Below, one piece after another: positions 20,842 to 31,423 of a DNA stretch of 64,000 bases (its first letter is position 1; the number at the start of each line of letters is the position of its first letter). Both the position numbers and the translations under genes were made by a program. The notes beneath the pieces are model-generated. The model made no database searches and had not been told where the DNA came from. It was given only the letters and a program-made list of their open reading frames with translations. Origin of the DNA: an uncultured Candidatus Binatia bacterium (GTDB lineage: Bacteria; Desulfobacterota; Binatia; UBA9968; CAXXLF01); NCBI GenBank assembly GCA_965218425.1, contig OZ244621.1, positions 192,001 through 256,000 on the forward strand. The letters run 5' to 3'.

Positions 20842-21233
20842 CCGATTCACGTCACCCCGGCCGAAAAGGCAGTTGTTCCAGTCAGCGCCCATACGGTCGG
20901 GGTGGCGTCTTTCGCGTGCGGCTTCGACGACGTGTCCAACGACACCGGGCGCCGACCATCGGTCGGGACCTTCAAGCGTGTCCAACCAGGGTTTGATCAC
21001 CTGCTAGGATAGACGTGTCGCCGGCGGGTTGTAAAACGGAAAGATTTTGGGCTCAGGGCTAATTCAATTTGGGCAAATGCGGGGTCGTTGCCGCCGTTGT
21101 TGCGGGGGCTCGACGCGATGCGGGGCCGGGGGTCAGGCACGCCTTCTTGCTATTCTGGGTTCCCTTCCCTTTCGGATTCCAGCTTGTATTGTACCAATCC
21201 TCTTGTGGAACGTCCTGTCCGTTTGGACGCGGT
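20842..21233. repeat. ~390-bp duplicated block (other copy 41485-41875)
   Basis: Near-identical by eye; each copy lies upstream of a cas operon. Confidence 0.9.
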
Positions 21234-21404
21234 CAACCAAAAAATGGATGCGGTGCTTTCTCGTCGATAGCATTACCTGGGTGTATCGTTTGTGATAGTC
21301 TAACCCGACGTAAAGCATAGGGTCTTCTCCTTTCAGGTTTGATGGCCGCTGCAACCGCCATCCTACTGGAGCTTGACCCCTTTTTCATGTTACCTGATAC
21401 CGGT
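21122..21404 (-). mobile_element. Full-length IS110-derived MITE-like repeat
   Basis: GGGGCCGGGGGTCAGG...CCTGATACCGG with MLYVGLDYHKRY codons. Confidence 0.85.
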
Positions 21405-21505
21405 TTCATTATTGATCCGAGACGGTCCGAACTGACTCGAATTCTATTGAGGTGTCAATGCCTACTCGCCGAGAAGGTTTGCCGTTACGTCAAGGGGGGT
21501 CTGTC

Positions 21506-22288
21506 TGAATCGACCCGGGTTTGACGGACAGTTAATTAAGCCACACGTTTGATCGAGTCGTATGCCGTTGGGGTGTGATAACCCAGCGACTCATGCTTTC
21601 TTCTTCGGTTATAAAACAGTTCAATGTAGTCGAAGATGTCCGACCTAGCTTGTTGCCTCGTGTGATAATCCTGATGGTGAACGATCTCATTTTTTAATGA
21701 GCTGAACAAGCTCTCAACTACCGCATTATCATAGCAATTTCCTTTGCGGCTCATGCTTCGGATCATCCCATGGCGTTTGAGTAACTCAACGTATTGGTTA
21801 GTAGAGTACTGAATACCCTGGTCGCTATGGTAAATCAGCCCCGTGGTAGGCCGGCGCTGTTCGATGGCCATCAGAAAAGCTTCACTGACCAATTCCCGGG
21901 TAGGACCCTCCTTCATTGACCACCCAACAACCAACCGAGAATAAAGATCAAGCGGATCTGTTTAATCAAAACCTTATCGCCCATCCTGCGCCGACACTCC
22001 CCTCGACCACACCAGTCGCAGTATCCACTTCGACTCACCTCTAACACTTGCCACATCCTCACCACCCTAAACTCTATCCTGTGAGCTCGTATAAACGCGT
22101 ACTTTACTTGAGCTCCTTGGCAAAGTACCTTGCGGCCTTTTTTAATATATCTCGTTCTTCCGTTACCCGCTCCAACTCCCGCTTTAACCGTGCTACCTCA
22201 TCGGTGAATCGCCTTCGCTTGCGCATTGAACACCTCCTGCGGGGATCTTCTCCCCTTTTGGGGTGTCCGTCAAACCCGGGCTACCTCA
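21506..22288 (-). mobile_element. Degenerate IS3-family element with internal deletions
   Basis: Both TIRs present (TGAATCGACCCGGGTTTGACGGACA / TGTCCGTCAAACCCGGGCTACCTCA); orfB C-terminus at 21536-21934; shorter than the copy at 58317. Confidence 0.9.
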
Positions 22289-22352
22289 GGTCTTGAATTG
22301 TAGCATGAGGATTACGGAGCAAGTCGAGAGTTTTTCTTATACGTACTCTATC

Positions 22353-23567
22353 TCATTTGTTTGTTGGCGCCCGTAGCCAAAGATTGTTCCAGAATTCGTA
22401 TACATTGGGTAGAACACTAACCCGGAGAGCTGGGCTGCTGTATGATACCTGTTTACCGATAATTTGATCTCCAAAGGGAACAAATCTACTTTGCTGGAGT
22501 TTGCCATGAATGGGAATAAAACGCTGCGAAGCAAATTGTGCCAGTTGTCCTTCTATGCTCAGGAGCCAATTGACAAAAAGTCTAGCGGCATAGAGATTTG
22601 GTGCACCTTTCAGGATGACTACACTAGCAGTATTAGCGGGAGCAGGTTCCGGGCAGGTGAATCCAATGGGGGCTCCCGCGTCGACAATCTGGGAGGTTCG
22701 AGCCGGTGATGACGGTACCGCTGCATGAAACTCACCTACGGCGGCGAGCTGAGGCATCATGTTCAAACCTTCTTTGCGTAGCTGCGGCCTGACTTCGGTA
22801 AATAACTTGGTAAGAAAACTTTTTGTCCAAGCCTCTCCTTTGGCAACCCATAGGTTTAATACCCAAAGCTGTGGGCGATTAGCTAGGCCGAGATTTCCGT
22901 TGCGCCAGATAGGATTGGTGACCAAATCTTCCCATTTCCTGGGAACATCCTTTTGGGTGACAAGTTTGCGGTTGTATGACATGCACCAGTAGCTCACGCT
23001 TTTACCGAGCCACTGGCCATCTGGATCCTCTTTTGCTGTCTGCGGGGCATATGCCCATGCCGGGATATTACGCAGATTCTCCAACGCATTAAATTTCTTA
23101 TAATCGATTATATATCCCCCGACGCTTAGTAAGACATCGCCTAGAATTCTCCCAGCTCTATATGCTGTCAACGTTTTAACCGATCGATTCGCCTGATTTC
23201 CACCGGCATAATCGACATCCACGAACGGGTATCGCTCCCTGAACGGTCTTAGAAAGACCCGGACCTCTTTTGGGGTATACGGGGTGCCTCGGATTTTTAA
23301 CTTTCCTTCTCTTTTGGCTTTTCCTAGCCAATCCGTCGGCACTTGAAGCTCACGGTCGACGTTATCTAGCAGGGAGGGTTGTACGTTAAGGCTTTTGAGC
23401 ATCTCGATAGTAGATTTTGGAAGTGAACCAGAGTAAACCTGCGCCTCTGCAAAGGATAATAAAATCCAACTAACAGCGATCAAAACAACAGGTCGGTACA
23501 TCACCATAGATCCCCCTTTTACTATTTCCGCTTTGGAGCTGTCTGTTGTGGTAATCTCATAGCCCAA
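22353..23567 (-). CDS. Extracellular solute-binding protein (true start probably ~23500)
   Basis: AKREGKL, PRKWEDL, APNLYAARLFVNWLLS.EGQ. Confidence 0.85.
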   Translation of the reverse strand: MGYEITTTDSSKAEIVKGGSMVMYRPVVLIAVSWILLSFAEAQVYSGSLPKSTIEMLKSLNVQPSLLDNVDRELQVPTDWLGKAKREGKLKIRGTPYTPKEVRVFLRPFRERYPFVDVDYAGGNQANRSVKTLTAYRAGRILGDVLLSVGGYIIDYKKFNALENLRNIPAWAYAPQTAKEDPDGQWLGKSVSYWCMSYNRKLVTQKDVPRKWEDLVTNPIWRNGNLGLANRPQLWVLNLWVAKGEAWTKSFLTKLFTEVRPQLRKEGLNMMPQLAAVGEFHAAVPSSPARTSQIVDAGAPIGFTCPEPAPANTASVVILKGAPNLYAARLFVNWLLSIEGQLAQFASQRFIPIHGKLQQSRFVPFGDQIIGKQVSYSSPALRVSVLPNVYEFWNNLWLRAPTNK

Positions 23568-23598
23568 TAACGTCAGGCGTCTTATGGTTCAAGCCACT

Positions 23599-25029
23599 TC
23601 AAGAAAATAGCGAACGCCATTTGTCGTAGGTTTTTCGTCTGAGATCTTCACTTCCTTTGTTTACTTCGGGAAATTCGTTTCTCCACTCCCAGGGACGACA
23701 CGCGATGATCAGAGCCCTGCTGCTCCTAAAGTCGCGGCGTTTTTTCCGTTCCGGTTCAATAATCGGATCCAGGGGACTCGATGGACAATCGTACTGGATC
23801 TCAAACGAACTTCCTGGGTCACATCTCGTAGCGATAGCCCAAAGAACGTCCTCGGCGTTAGATGGGTCAATGTCATCATCCACCACGACGAGGAGACGGC
23901 AGATCGTATGCATTAGCCCAGAAGCTATCCGTCCGACTTGCCTCGCATGTCCTGAATACTGCTGGGTTATAGCCACAACGGTAACCAAGCCTCCACCCAT
24001 ACTAAGATTGTAAACACCGGTGATCCCCGGAACCCCCGATCTCTCCAATCCCTCCCAAACCCTTAAGGTGCTGCTGCCGGAGGGGGGACACACTAGAGTA
24101 TCGACAGGCGGTTTCAACGGGGGTTCTCCGTGGAGGATGGGAAGGTTTCGGTGATAGACGGCATTTACTCTGATTACAGGTTCCATCTTTTCACCTCCGG
24201 CGTAGTAACCCGTAAATTCACCGAAGGGACCCTCTTTCCTTGTCTCCTCCGTTGGGGGTGGCACCTCCCCTTCAACGATCAACTCGGCCCGCGCTGGAAG
24301 AGGGAGCCGGGTTCTTGGTCCCGATACGATTTCTATCGGTTCGCCTTTGATAAAACCGGCCCAATCATACTCCGGGGTACCCCAAGGTGCCCCGGAGGTC
24401 GAAGCGGAAAATAGATAGGGTTCCACTGTAATCGCTACTGCAATGGGACAGCTTTTTCCGCTGGACCACCACTTCTTTATTTGAAGGTTTCCGTGGTGGT
24501 AGGGACCAATGGACAGCCCCAATGTCGTTTCATCATGCAGCATGCAACGGTAAGTTCCGAGGTTGATCCATTCCTCGTCAGGGTCCCTTGTAATCACGGT
24601 GCAACCAGTACCGAAATAAGGCCCTCCGTCGCGCTCGTGCCACTTGGGAGTGGGAAATCTTGTGAGCTCAACGGCCTTTCCCTCCAGCACGTTTTCCATC
24701 CACGAACTTGAGGTGACCTCTTCGGGTTTAATGGGTTTATAACTTCTAAATCTCTCGCGCCAGACTTTAAACATCTCAAAGGGAGTCGTATGCTCGGGAA
24801 GTCCGAGGGCGAGTGCAGACCTAGATGGGGTAGAGTAGGGTTTAGTGGCTATCCGATAACCTTGGGGAAAACCCTTGATCCGGTCAAAGAGGAGCATTGG
24901 CCCCTTGCGTTCACACATGAGCTCGGTAAGAGCACCGATCTCGATATTGCAATCAGCCCCCTCCACAACCTTGGTATCCCCTCGGCTTTCGAGCTCCGAG
25001 AGAAATTCACGAAAATCTCTCCAAGACAT
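23599..25029 (-). CDS. UbiD-family prFMN-dependent decarboxylase
   Basis: DFREFL, NLGTYR, EGPFGEFTGYY, VVVDDDIDP, WAIATR. Confidence 0.93.
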   Translation of the reverse strand: MSWRDFREFLSELESRGDTKVVEGADCNIEIGALTELMCERKGPMLLFDRIKGFPQGYRIATKPYSTPSRSALALGLPEHTTPFEMFKVWRERFRSYKPIKPEEVTSSSWMENVLEGKAVELTRFPTPKWHERDGGPYFGTGCTVITRDPDEEWINLGTYRCMLHDETTLGLSIGPYHHGNLQIKKWWSSGKSCPIAVAITVEPYLFSASTSGAPWGTPEYDWAGFIKGEPIEIVSGPRTRLPLPARAELIVEGEVPPPTEETRKEGPFGEFTGYYAGGEKMEPVIRVNAVYHRNLPILHGEPPLKPPVDTLVCPPSGSSTLRVWEGLERSGVPGITGVYNLSMGGGLVTVVAITQQYSGHARQVGRIASGLMHTICRLLVVVDDDIDPSNAEDVLWAIATRCDPGSSFEIQYDCPSSPLDPIIEPERKKRRDFRSSRALIIACRPWEWRNEFPEVNKGSEDLRRKTYDKWRSLFS

Positions 25030-25435
25030 CTATTCTCCTTGGCAGTGCGTAGGCGAATTAAATCCTGTAGCAAAAACCGCTGGCGATTATAGCTCTCGGA
25101 GCAAGACACTGTCAAGGCGCTGTATTGGCCACCGGAGCACTTAACCACAGAATTACGGAGGGAAGATCCTCGCGCAAAGACGCAAAGGGCGGTAAGTCCC
25201 GAGAAGACATATTAACCGCAGATTCACACCGATTTTCGCAGACAATTTTTTCACCGCAGAGGCGCAGGGTAAGCAGAGAAATCAATTATTTGTTTGTCGG
25301 GAGACGACGACAAACAAGAATTTGTCTATTGCGGACAATAATCGGATTTCATCGAGCAAAGACGCAAAGGGTGCCAAGTTCAGAGAAGATATACTAACCG
25401 CAGATTTACGCCGAATTCGCCAGCGGACAGAATCC

Positions 25436-25687
25436 TCATTTCTTGCGTTTTCTCAGCCGGGTTTTTAGATCCGTTAGCGAAACAGTTCGCTGCTTTCTCC
25501 GATCCTCGATGATCTTCCAAAAGTCGGGAGAGGTTTGGAGGACCAAATCTTCCCAATCCCTTCCCTCAACACCAACGAGGACAGCAGCCGGTCTCCCATG
25601 TCGGGTTATAACCACCTGGTCTTCCTGCGATTTATCCATGCACTCTTTGACTTTCTTTTGTAAATCCCGGGCCGTTACCGTTTTCAT
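25436..25687 (-). CDS. Phd/YefM-family antitoxin
   Basis: MKTVTARDLQ...VVITRHGRPAAVLV. Confidence 0.9.
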   Translation of the reverse strand: MKTVTARDLQKKVKECMDKSQEDQVVITRHGRPAAVLVGVEGRDWEDLVLQTSPDFWKIIEDRRKQRTVSLTDLKTRLRKRKK

Positions 25688-25983
25688 AAAATTTCCTCCG
25701 ATTTCTTTCCTGGTGGTTTTCTTCGTACTGCTCTTACGTAGACCACTTCTTCCTTGGCTGAGACGTCATAAAACACTCGGTACTCACCCACACACAATTC
25801 CCAGATCGGCGGTACCGCCTCCCATGTGGGAATCAGATTTGGCAGGAGTTTTCGGTTCCTTGTGGGAGAGTCCGGGGTATATGTAAGCTGCTTTTTAATT
25901 GCTACCAGTATCTGGTTCCTATAATACACTTGAACCTAGTCTAAATCCTCCACTACTCCCTCAGCAAACCGAATTGAATATAT
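25684..25983 (-). pseudogene. RelE/ParE-family toxin with an in-frame stop
   Basis: YSIRFAEGVVEDLD*VQVYYRNQIL...WELCVGEYRVFYDV...VRAV; TAG at 25936-25938, and ATA at the expected start. Confidence 0.8.
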
Positions 25984-26258
25984 GCATATAGTATTGCATA
26001 TGTAATTATATTTATTAATTAATATGCATGGTTGCTTAGTATGGGCGTTCATGTCTGGGATTGTAGGATAGCGCAGGGCGTGGACTACCAACCACCGACA
26101 ATAGGACCACAAGACTAAAGGAAGACAGTGGGCAGTGAGCACTATGCAGCATATGCGGGACCACTGACTACAGGACTACGGGACAACCACAAAGCAAAAG
26201 GGCAAAGCGCAGAGCGTGCCCAGCACTGAGTGAAACGGGCAAAGATTGCTGCTCGACT

Positions 26259-26981
26259 TCAGAATTTCCGTTCCTTTCGGATTGCCGTGTAAGCATCATT
26301 GATGCTTTTAAACTTCTTCTCCGAAAACGCAATGAGCTCGGGACCGAGATGAGAAACTTTATCCGGGTGGTATTGTGAGGCAAGTTGACGGTAGGCTTTT
26401 TTAATTTCGTTATTATCCACTGTCGGCCTCAGGCCAAGGGTGTGGTAATGGTCGCTCTTCTTCGCAGGTGCGTAACGTAATTTGATACGCTCATGTTCGT
26501 CTTTTCCAATACCCACAGCGGAGACAACCTGTTGGATTGCCTCACCCTCTCCTTTTGTCACCACCTGATCTGTGGTGACAACTTGATAAACTAGATCCAG
26601 CAAGAGCAACCGCTGCTGCTGATTTGCTAATTGATCAAAGGCCTTACAGATCTGGCGAAGGTCGGGATCCGTGCGTTGTGTCTCGCCAATTATGGCGTCA
26701 ATAAATCGCAGCTCCATTCCCTTGTAATGAAGACCTCTTGAAAAGAAATCGTGAATGGTTTTTCGCTCGGTTTCCGAAATGGAACCATCCGCCATACAGA
26801 TCTTACTCAAGATCGCCACAAGGTACGTAATAAAGATCTGCTCCTGTCTGGGAGCAGTCCCTTGGCCGGAGGACGACATTTGGTTCCCTCTGGACATAAC
26901 ATGTTGCAACGCCCCGCCCACGATTGCCCCCAGGGGTCCCCCAAGCATGAAACCAAATCCAGCACCTAGCAACCAACCCAT
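26259..26981 (-). CDS. djlA: DjlA-like co-chaperone (TM + TerB + J domain)
   Basis: GAGFGFMLGGPLGA, ADGSISETE, J-domain YHPDKV. Confidence 0.88.
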   Translation of the reverse strand: MGWLLGAGFGFMLGGPLGAIVGGALQHVMSRGNQMSSSGQGTAPRQEQIFITYLVAILSKICMADGSISETERKTIHDFFSRGLHYKGMELRFIDAIIGETQRTDPDLRQICKAFDQLANQQQRLLLLDLVYQVVTTDQVVTKGEGEAIQQVVSAVGIGKDEHERIKLRYAPAKKSDHYHTLGLRPTVDNNEIKKAYRQLASQYHPDKVSHLGPELIAFSEKKFKSINDAYTAIRKERKF

Positions 26982-27487
26982 AGAAGAAATTTCCTTATCG
27001 GGCAGCCCGCCTTCAAGCCTCCCGGGCTCCTACCGGAGAGCAAGGTAGAGATCCTATCTCTTACGGATACATGGGGTCAATATGAGCTAAAACAAGCATA
27101 GCGCATGGCGCAGAGCGACCTCCCTACTCCGCCCCCAGGTACCTCCAGGTGTTTAACCTTTTTTCATAACGAATCAAGCTAGTCAAAGATCCTACCTCTT
27201 CGGGCCATTCCAATCCAACAGGGGTGCGGCCGAAGGCAGCAACGGCCACTTAACCGCAGATCAAAATTGCGAAGCGCGCATAGAGCAAAGCGTATGGCGC
27301 AAAGCGTCAAGAGCGATTAGCCCAAGATTTTAAGAAATGTTACTTTCCAAAGACGCTAAGCACGCCAAGCTTGAAGAAAAACAGTAAATTGCCTAGGTAT
27401 AACGGCCGTTCCATAGCTCATCCAAAAATTCTTTCCACGAAAGAACCGTCACCGCGTCAATTTTCCTCATCGGGGTCAAGTCAATAG

Positions 27488-27722
27488 GGGCTGTTGCCCA
27501 AACGTCGGTTCAATAGCGCAATAGATCCAATCGAGCTATAACGTGTTTGTTTGCTCAAGCTATGACGGCTTGCTGCAAGACCATTGGATGGGGGGCCGCA
27601 AAGCGAATGGCCGCCCTCGTTGCTGCAGCCAATACGGCTCTGGGTTTTGGCCGTGCATGAACAATCATCAGCTGGATGTTCCGCACAACGGCAATCAAGT
27701 AATCCTGAATCTGAACCCGCCA
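27488..27722 (-). mobile_element. IS1182-like transposase C-terminal remnant and right end
   Basis: Minus strand WRVQIQDYLIAVVRNIQLM, then terminal TTTGGGCAACAGCCC. Confidence 0.6.
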
Positions 27723-28071
27723 ACGACCACGCCGGCACGGTCGATGTACGGCCCTTTCAGGGGCTTTGCATGGGCGATTTACGGGTCATTCCGCAACTTT
27801 TGAGAAGGCGAGATGAATCATATCAAATGTCAAGGTCTGACCCCACAACTTCACGGCCGTCTTCGAGTCTCAATCGGACGCACTCATCACCGACGTTAAA
27901 GAAGCCGCTTTTGCACGTCCAGTCCTCACCTCCATAGTTCAGCTTTGCTTGTTTTCCCGGCAATCATGTTGTGAAAAGCAAAACGTAGAGGCGCGGTGCG
28001 TATTGACTGATGCTCTGGACGAATCACAGGCCGCGGGAGATTGTCAAGATTGAAAGGCCTGACCCCGTGAC

Positions 28072-29073
28072 TTGAAGCTTTCGATACGCGGGACACACGT
28101 CCACGTTTCGGGGAAGCACCTTCAGAAGTATGTGAAGGAGTTCGAGTACCGTTATAACCGGAGGAAGCGGCCCGCCTCGATTTTCGGCGATCTGGTGGGG
28201 AGCGTCGGACAATCATCTCTTCCAGTAGTGCATTAAAACGAGCATCGCTATCGGGGTGTTTCATGGCTTTATCTCCCGTGCGGTTCCGGTGGCCTTAGGT
28301 TGCCGTAGCACATCGTTGTCCTCTCGCTGATCAACAATTTCACAATCGACCATAGATAGCCCCATGAGGTGTATTCCCGTAATCCTTCCTTGGGCCGCGA
28401 GCCGATCCCCTTTGGTCATAGTTTCAATTTCCGGCCACCATCTTCCCCTCTTAAAACGAAGACGCGGTGATGGGCCAAACACATGGCCAAGCGTTACATA
28501 GACGTAATTCTCGTTTAGGGAAATATCTTGGATTACGTGTTGTATTCTGATCCACTTCCCGATGTGAGGTCGACTAAGATTTTCTCTATCCAGTGTAGTG
28601 ATATTGTTTTTTCGAATTGCTGCAAAAATTTCGCCTACTTTTCTCTTGGTGTATATGCGCTTTTCTGTCTCCCTATTAACCTGTTTAGCCGTCGCCGCCT
28701 GGCCGAGGTGATCCCGAGCCCAAGACCGGATTTTTAGACATGCTCTACGATACCACGGCGGTCTAGTCAGGGTAACTTTCGGCTGTGAAACATGAAAAGA
28801 CCAGTTGACGGGATTGGCGTCAACAGAGAATGATTGTGAACGCCTTGGTTTAATTTTCCAAGTGATAAATGCGGTTAACAAAGCGAGAACACTGACAATC
28901 AACCACACCCCAGCAGCGTCATCAGGAAATAAGCTCACAGCCAACTCCCCAAACGCGAAAATTGCGGTTTCAATACAAACAAATACAGTAATTTTTTGCA
29001 GATTCGACTTCGATTCCATAGCGCAATGCTACGATTTTTACCGCCTTTAATCTGAAGTATAAAGGGGATAGTC
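28072..29073 (+). mobile_element. 5'-truncated IS1595-family element carrying a passenger gene
   Basis: 28072-28236 encodes LKLSIRGTHVHVSGKHLQKYVKEFEYRYNRR (IS1595 C-terminus); putative end GTATAAAGGGGATAGTC near 29070. Confidence 0.7.
28261..29019 (-). CDS. Hypothetical membrane protein (2 N-terminal TM helices, possible OB-fold-like C-terminus); IS1595 passenger
   Basis: 252-aa ORF with a hydrophobic N-terminus. Confidence 0.6.
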   Translation of the reverse strand: MESKSNLQKITVFVCIETAIFAFGELAVSLFPDDAAGVWLIVSVLALLTAFITWKIKPRRSQSFSVDANPVNWSFHVSQPKVTLTRPPWYRRACLKIRSWARDHLGQAATAKQVNRETEKRIYTKRKVGEIFAAIRKNNITTLDRENLSRPHIGKWIRIQHVIQDISLNENYVYVTLGHVFGPSPRLRFKRGRWWPEIETMTKGDRLAAQGRITGIHLMGLSMVDCEIVDQREDNDVLRQPKATGTAREIKP

Positions 29074-29160
29074 AGGTTCTTCAAAGGCCGTCAACCCGAC
29101 TGGATTACAGCGAAGATAGCGGTGGAAGAAGCTCGATACCGACTCATGGTGGTTGCCCGA

Positions 29161-29232
29161 TATTCAAGCCGTGATGCCGGAGCGATGAGCCGTGGGTTGG
29201 GCTGGTTGGAACACCGCGTCCAAACGGACAGG
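29161..29232 (-). repeat. Inverted partial copy of the composite repeat
   Basis: Reverse complement of ~41856-41927 and ~3888-3961. Confidence 0.75.
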
Positions 29233-29346
29233 CCAATGACCCCAATAGCCACACCTCCGTCAGGACTCTAGTACGATATTCCCTCCTGTCCTGTCACCTG
29301 CAAAATCCTATGGTAGACTTTGGCTTCTCTCCAAGTTGGACGGTAA

Positions 29347-30435
29347 TCACTCGATCCCAAAACGCTTTTTAAGTCTTTCTACCGTGTGATTCCACTTCGG
29401 AGTCTTAGGCTTTGCAACAGTATTCTGGTTACCGAAGAATCCCTTCTCCTTAATTGCTTGATCTCGACGGACAGTCTTAACCCAGCGAACCCTAGCCAGA
29501 AATTCCGCCTTTTCTATGTCATCCATTCCAATCCGCATTCCAGCAGCTTTAACTGGAAGATCAAGCAAGTGTAATATCTTACCGTGATCGTCAGTAACCT
29601 TAAAATCGTCAATCACTACCATAGGCTCCAACACTTCACCCACTCCCACATAGCCTTCACCGGGGATATTCACCCAGATTCGAGAACCCGGTTGTAACAA
29701 TTTTAGTGTTCCGGTATACCAGTCACCTCCACCGGCGCTTACGAATCCATATTTAACCGCATCATCCCAATCTCGGTGCTCGTTTACACCGAACGAAACG
29801 TAATACTCCCCATTCCACTCGCCTTGTTTAGGGTCATCTACCGGTGTGATCGGTTCACTTAACCATGCCCTCGTTAAATACTCTCGGTCGCCGTCTTTGA
29901 AAGTTCGAAAGAACAGAGCATTAATCGAAAGCTCGTGGTATTCGGCCAGATACTTGACGATTCTTTCAGTGCTTGGGTCTAAAGTCGACGCGACGATTAC
30001 CAATTCATGTTGGTCATTGAGTTCGTCCGGCATGGATTTCAGCGCAAATCGCTTCAAGAAGGCTTCATCGAGTGACTGATCCGGTTCATCAGAATGATAT
30101 CTGGTTCTGTATTCAGCATAGATTTTGGCGATACCTTCAGACTTTAGAACTCTCACCCAAGAGCCGTAGTCTAGCGCCTGTGCTAAGATATCGCGCGGTG
30201 TCTTGTCACGTTTGATTTCGATAACAACGAGATTGCCTTGTCGATCAATCGCTAAAAGATCAACTCTCCCATCCCAGTCGGTACGAACCTGTCGCCCGAT
30301 TATCATCCAATTAGGGGACGCAATTGAAATATGTTTTTCAAGGATCTCCTCGAGCCGGGATTCCAGATCCATGGTTCCAAACGAGACCGGATCAATTCCC
30401 GAGTCGATGCGCCAAATCCCAAACTCAACAGGCAT
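29347..30435 (-). CDS. NucS/DUF91-like PD-(D/E)XK endonuclease-domain protein
   Basis: LESRLE...IIGRQV...GRVDLLAID..GNLVVIEIKR...QALDY. Confidence 0.82.
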   Translation of the reverse strand: MPVEFGIWRIDSGIDPVSFGTMDLESRLEEILEKHISIASPNWMIIGRQVRTDWDGRVDLLAIDRQGNLVVIEIKRDKTPRDILAQALDYGSWVRVLKSEGIAKIYAEYRTRYHSDEPDQSLDEAFLKRFALKSMPDELNDQHELVIVASTLDPSTERIVKYLAEYHELSINALFFRTFKDGDREYLTRAWLSEPITPVDDPKQGEWNGEYYVSFGVNEHRDWDDAVKYGFVSAGGGDWYTGTLKLLQPGSRIWVNIPGEGYVGVGEVLEPMVVIDDFKVTDDHGKILHLLDLPVKAAGMRIGMDDIEKAEFLARVRWVKTVRRDQAIKEKGFFGNQNTVAKPKTPKWNHTVERLKKRFGIE

Positions 30436-30597
30436 AAGTATTCACTCCTTCGCCGCTTCACTCCTTAACTTCTCATTTTCAAGAGTCTCGCCCTACTTTC
30501 TCGGTCTTTTCTGGTAGCTCGTCCACCACTCCGCTTCTCCTCTAAGCCGCTTGTACGCCTCCGATGCCAGCCAGCCCGTGCAATCTTCTGAAAAGCA

Positions 30598-30875
30598 GGG
30601 CCAGACTTGCCTTTTTGCTATTCCGGGTTTCCTCCCCTTTCGGATTCCAGCTTGTATCGTGCCGGTTCTCTCTTGGAATGTCCTGTCCGTTTGGACGCGG
30701 TCAACCAAAAAATGGATGCGGTGCTTTCTCGTCGATAGCATTACCTGGGTGTATCGTTTGTGATAGTCTAACCCGACGTAAAGCATAGGGTCTTCTCCTT
30801 TCAGGTTTGATGGCCGCTGCAACCGCCATCCTACTGGAGCTTGACCCCTTTTTCATGTTACCTGCCCCCGGCCCC
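30598..30875 (-). mobile_element. Full-length IS110-derived MITE-like repeat
   Basis: Very similar to 21122-21404; ends CCTGCCCCCGGCCCC. Confidence 0.85.
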
Positions 30876-31100
30876 CCAACGCTCCTTAGAGCCAAGAGCT
30901 ATGATGGATGGCCGTGTCTCCGTTTATCCAAGGAATATCGTAGAACGAGTCTAAGCAAGAATCAGCCTAAAACTCATCCAGGTGAATCGACCAGACAAAC
31001 AGAGGCATTGCCCAGAACAAGTACAGTTCTTCCCTGGGCCTGCGGGAACAGACCACTGAGTCATTGATGTATGGTGTCTTGCACACCACTGGTAAAGGGT

Positions 31101-31207
31101 TCAAATCTTTTGTTGACAAATAAAATCTTCTAGATTTTCCAGCCGCCTGCGAAATCTTCCAGCCGCCTCCGAAATCTTCTATCCGCTTCACGCTTTAAGT
31201 GAATCCC
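31101..31207. repeat. Direct repeat flanking the type I-B locus (other copy 41327-41412)
   Basis: TCAAATCTTTTGTTGACAAATAA.ATCTTC.AGATTTTCCAGCCGCCT...TCACGCTTTAAGTGAATCC. Confidence 0.8.
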
Positions 31208-31423
31208 ATGGCACGCCCAGCCCACCCCGTGTTTTCGAATTCTCCGATTCTCCATTTTTCGCTTCGCGTTGTTTAACAAACCGTTTCGCCTTGGGCCCCC
31301 TCGTTTCGACGTTTCCTAACCCGCTCCGGTAGGTATCCAGCGGAAGCCGGGCCACAGGGGTCCGGCCCATCACCAGACAGCGGCCGTGGCCGTGAGAACG
31401 GAGCCCGTTGTGAGTGCCGACAA

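Noticed and set aside
31340..31423. Possible degenerate 15th repeat of the I-B array
   Set aside because: Only a short ATCAC match at the wrong spacing
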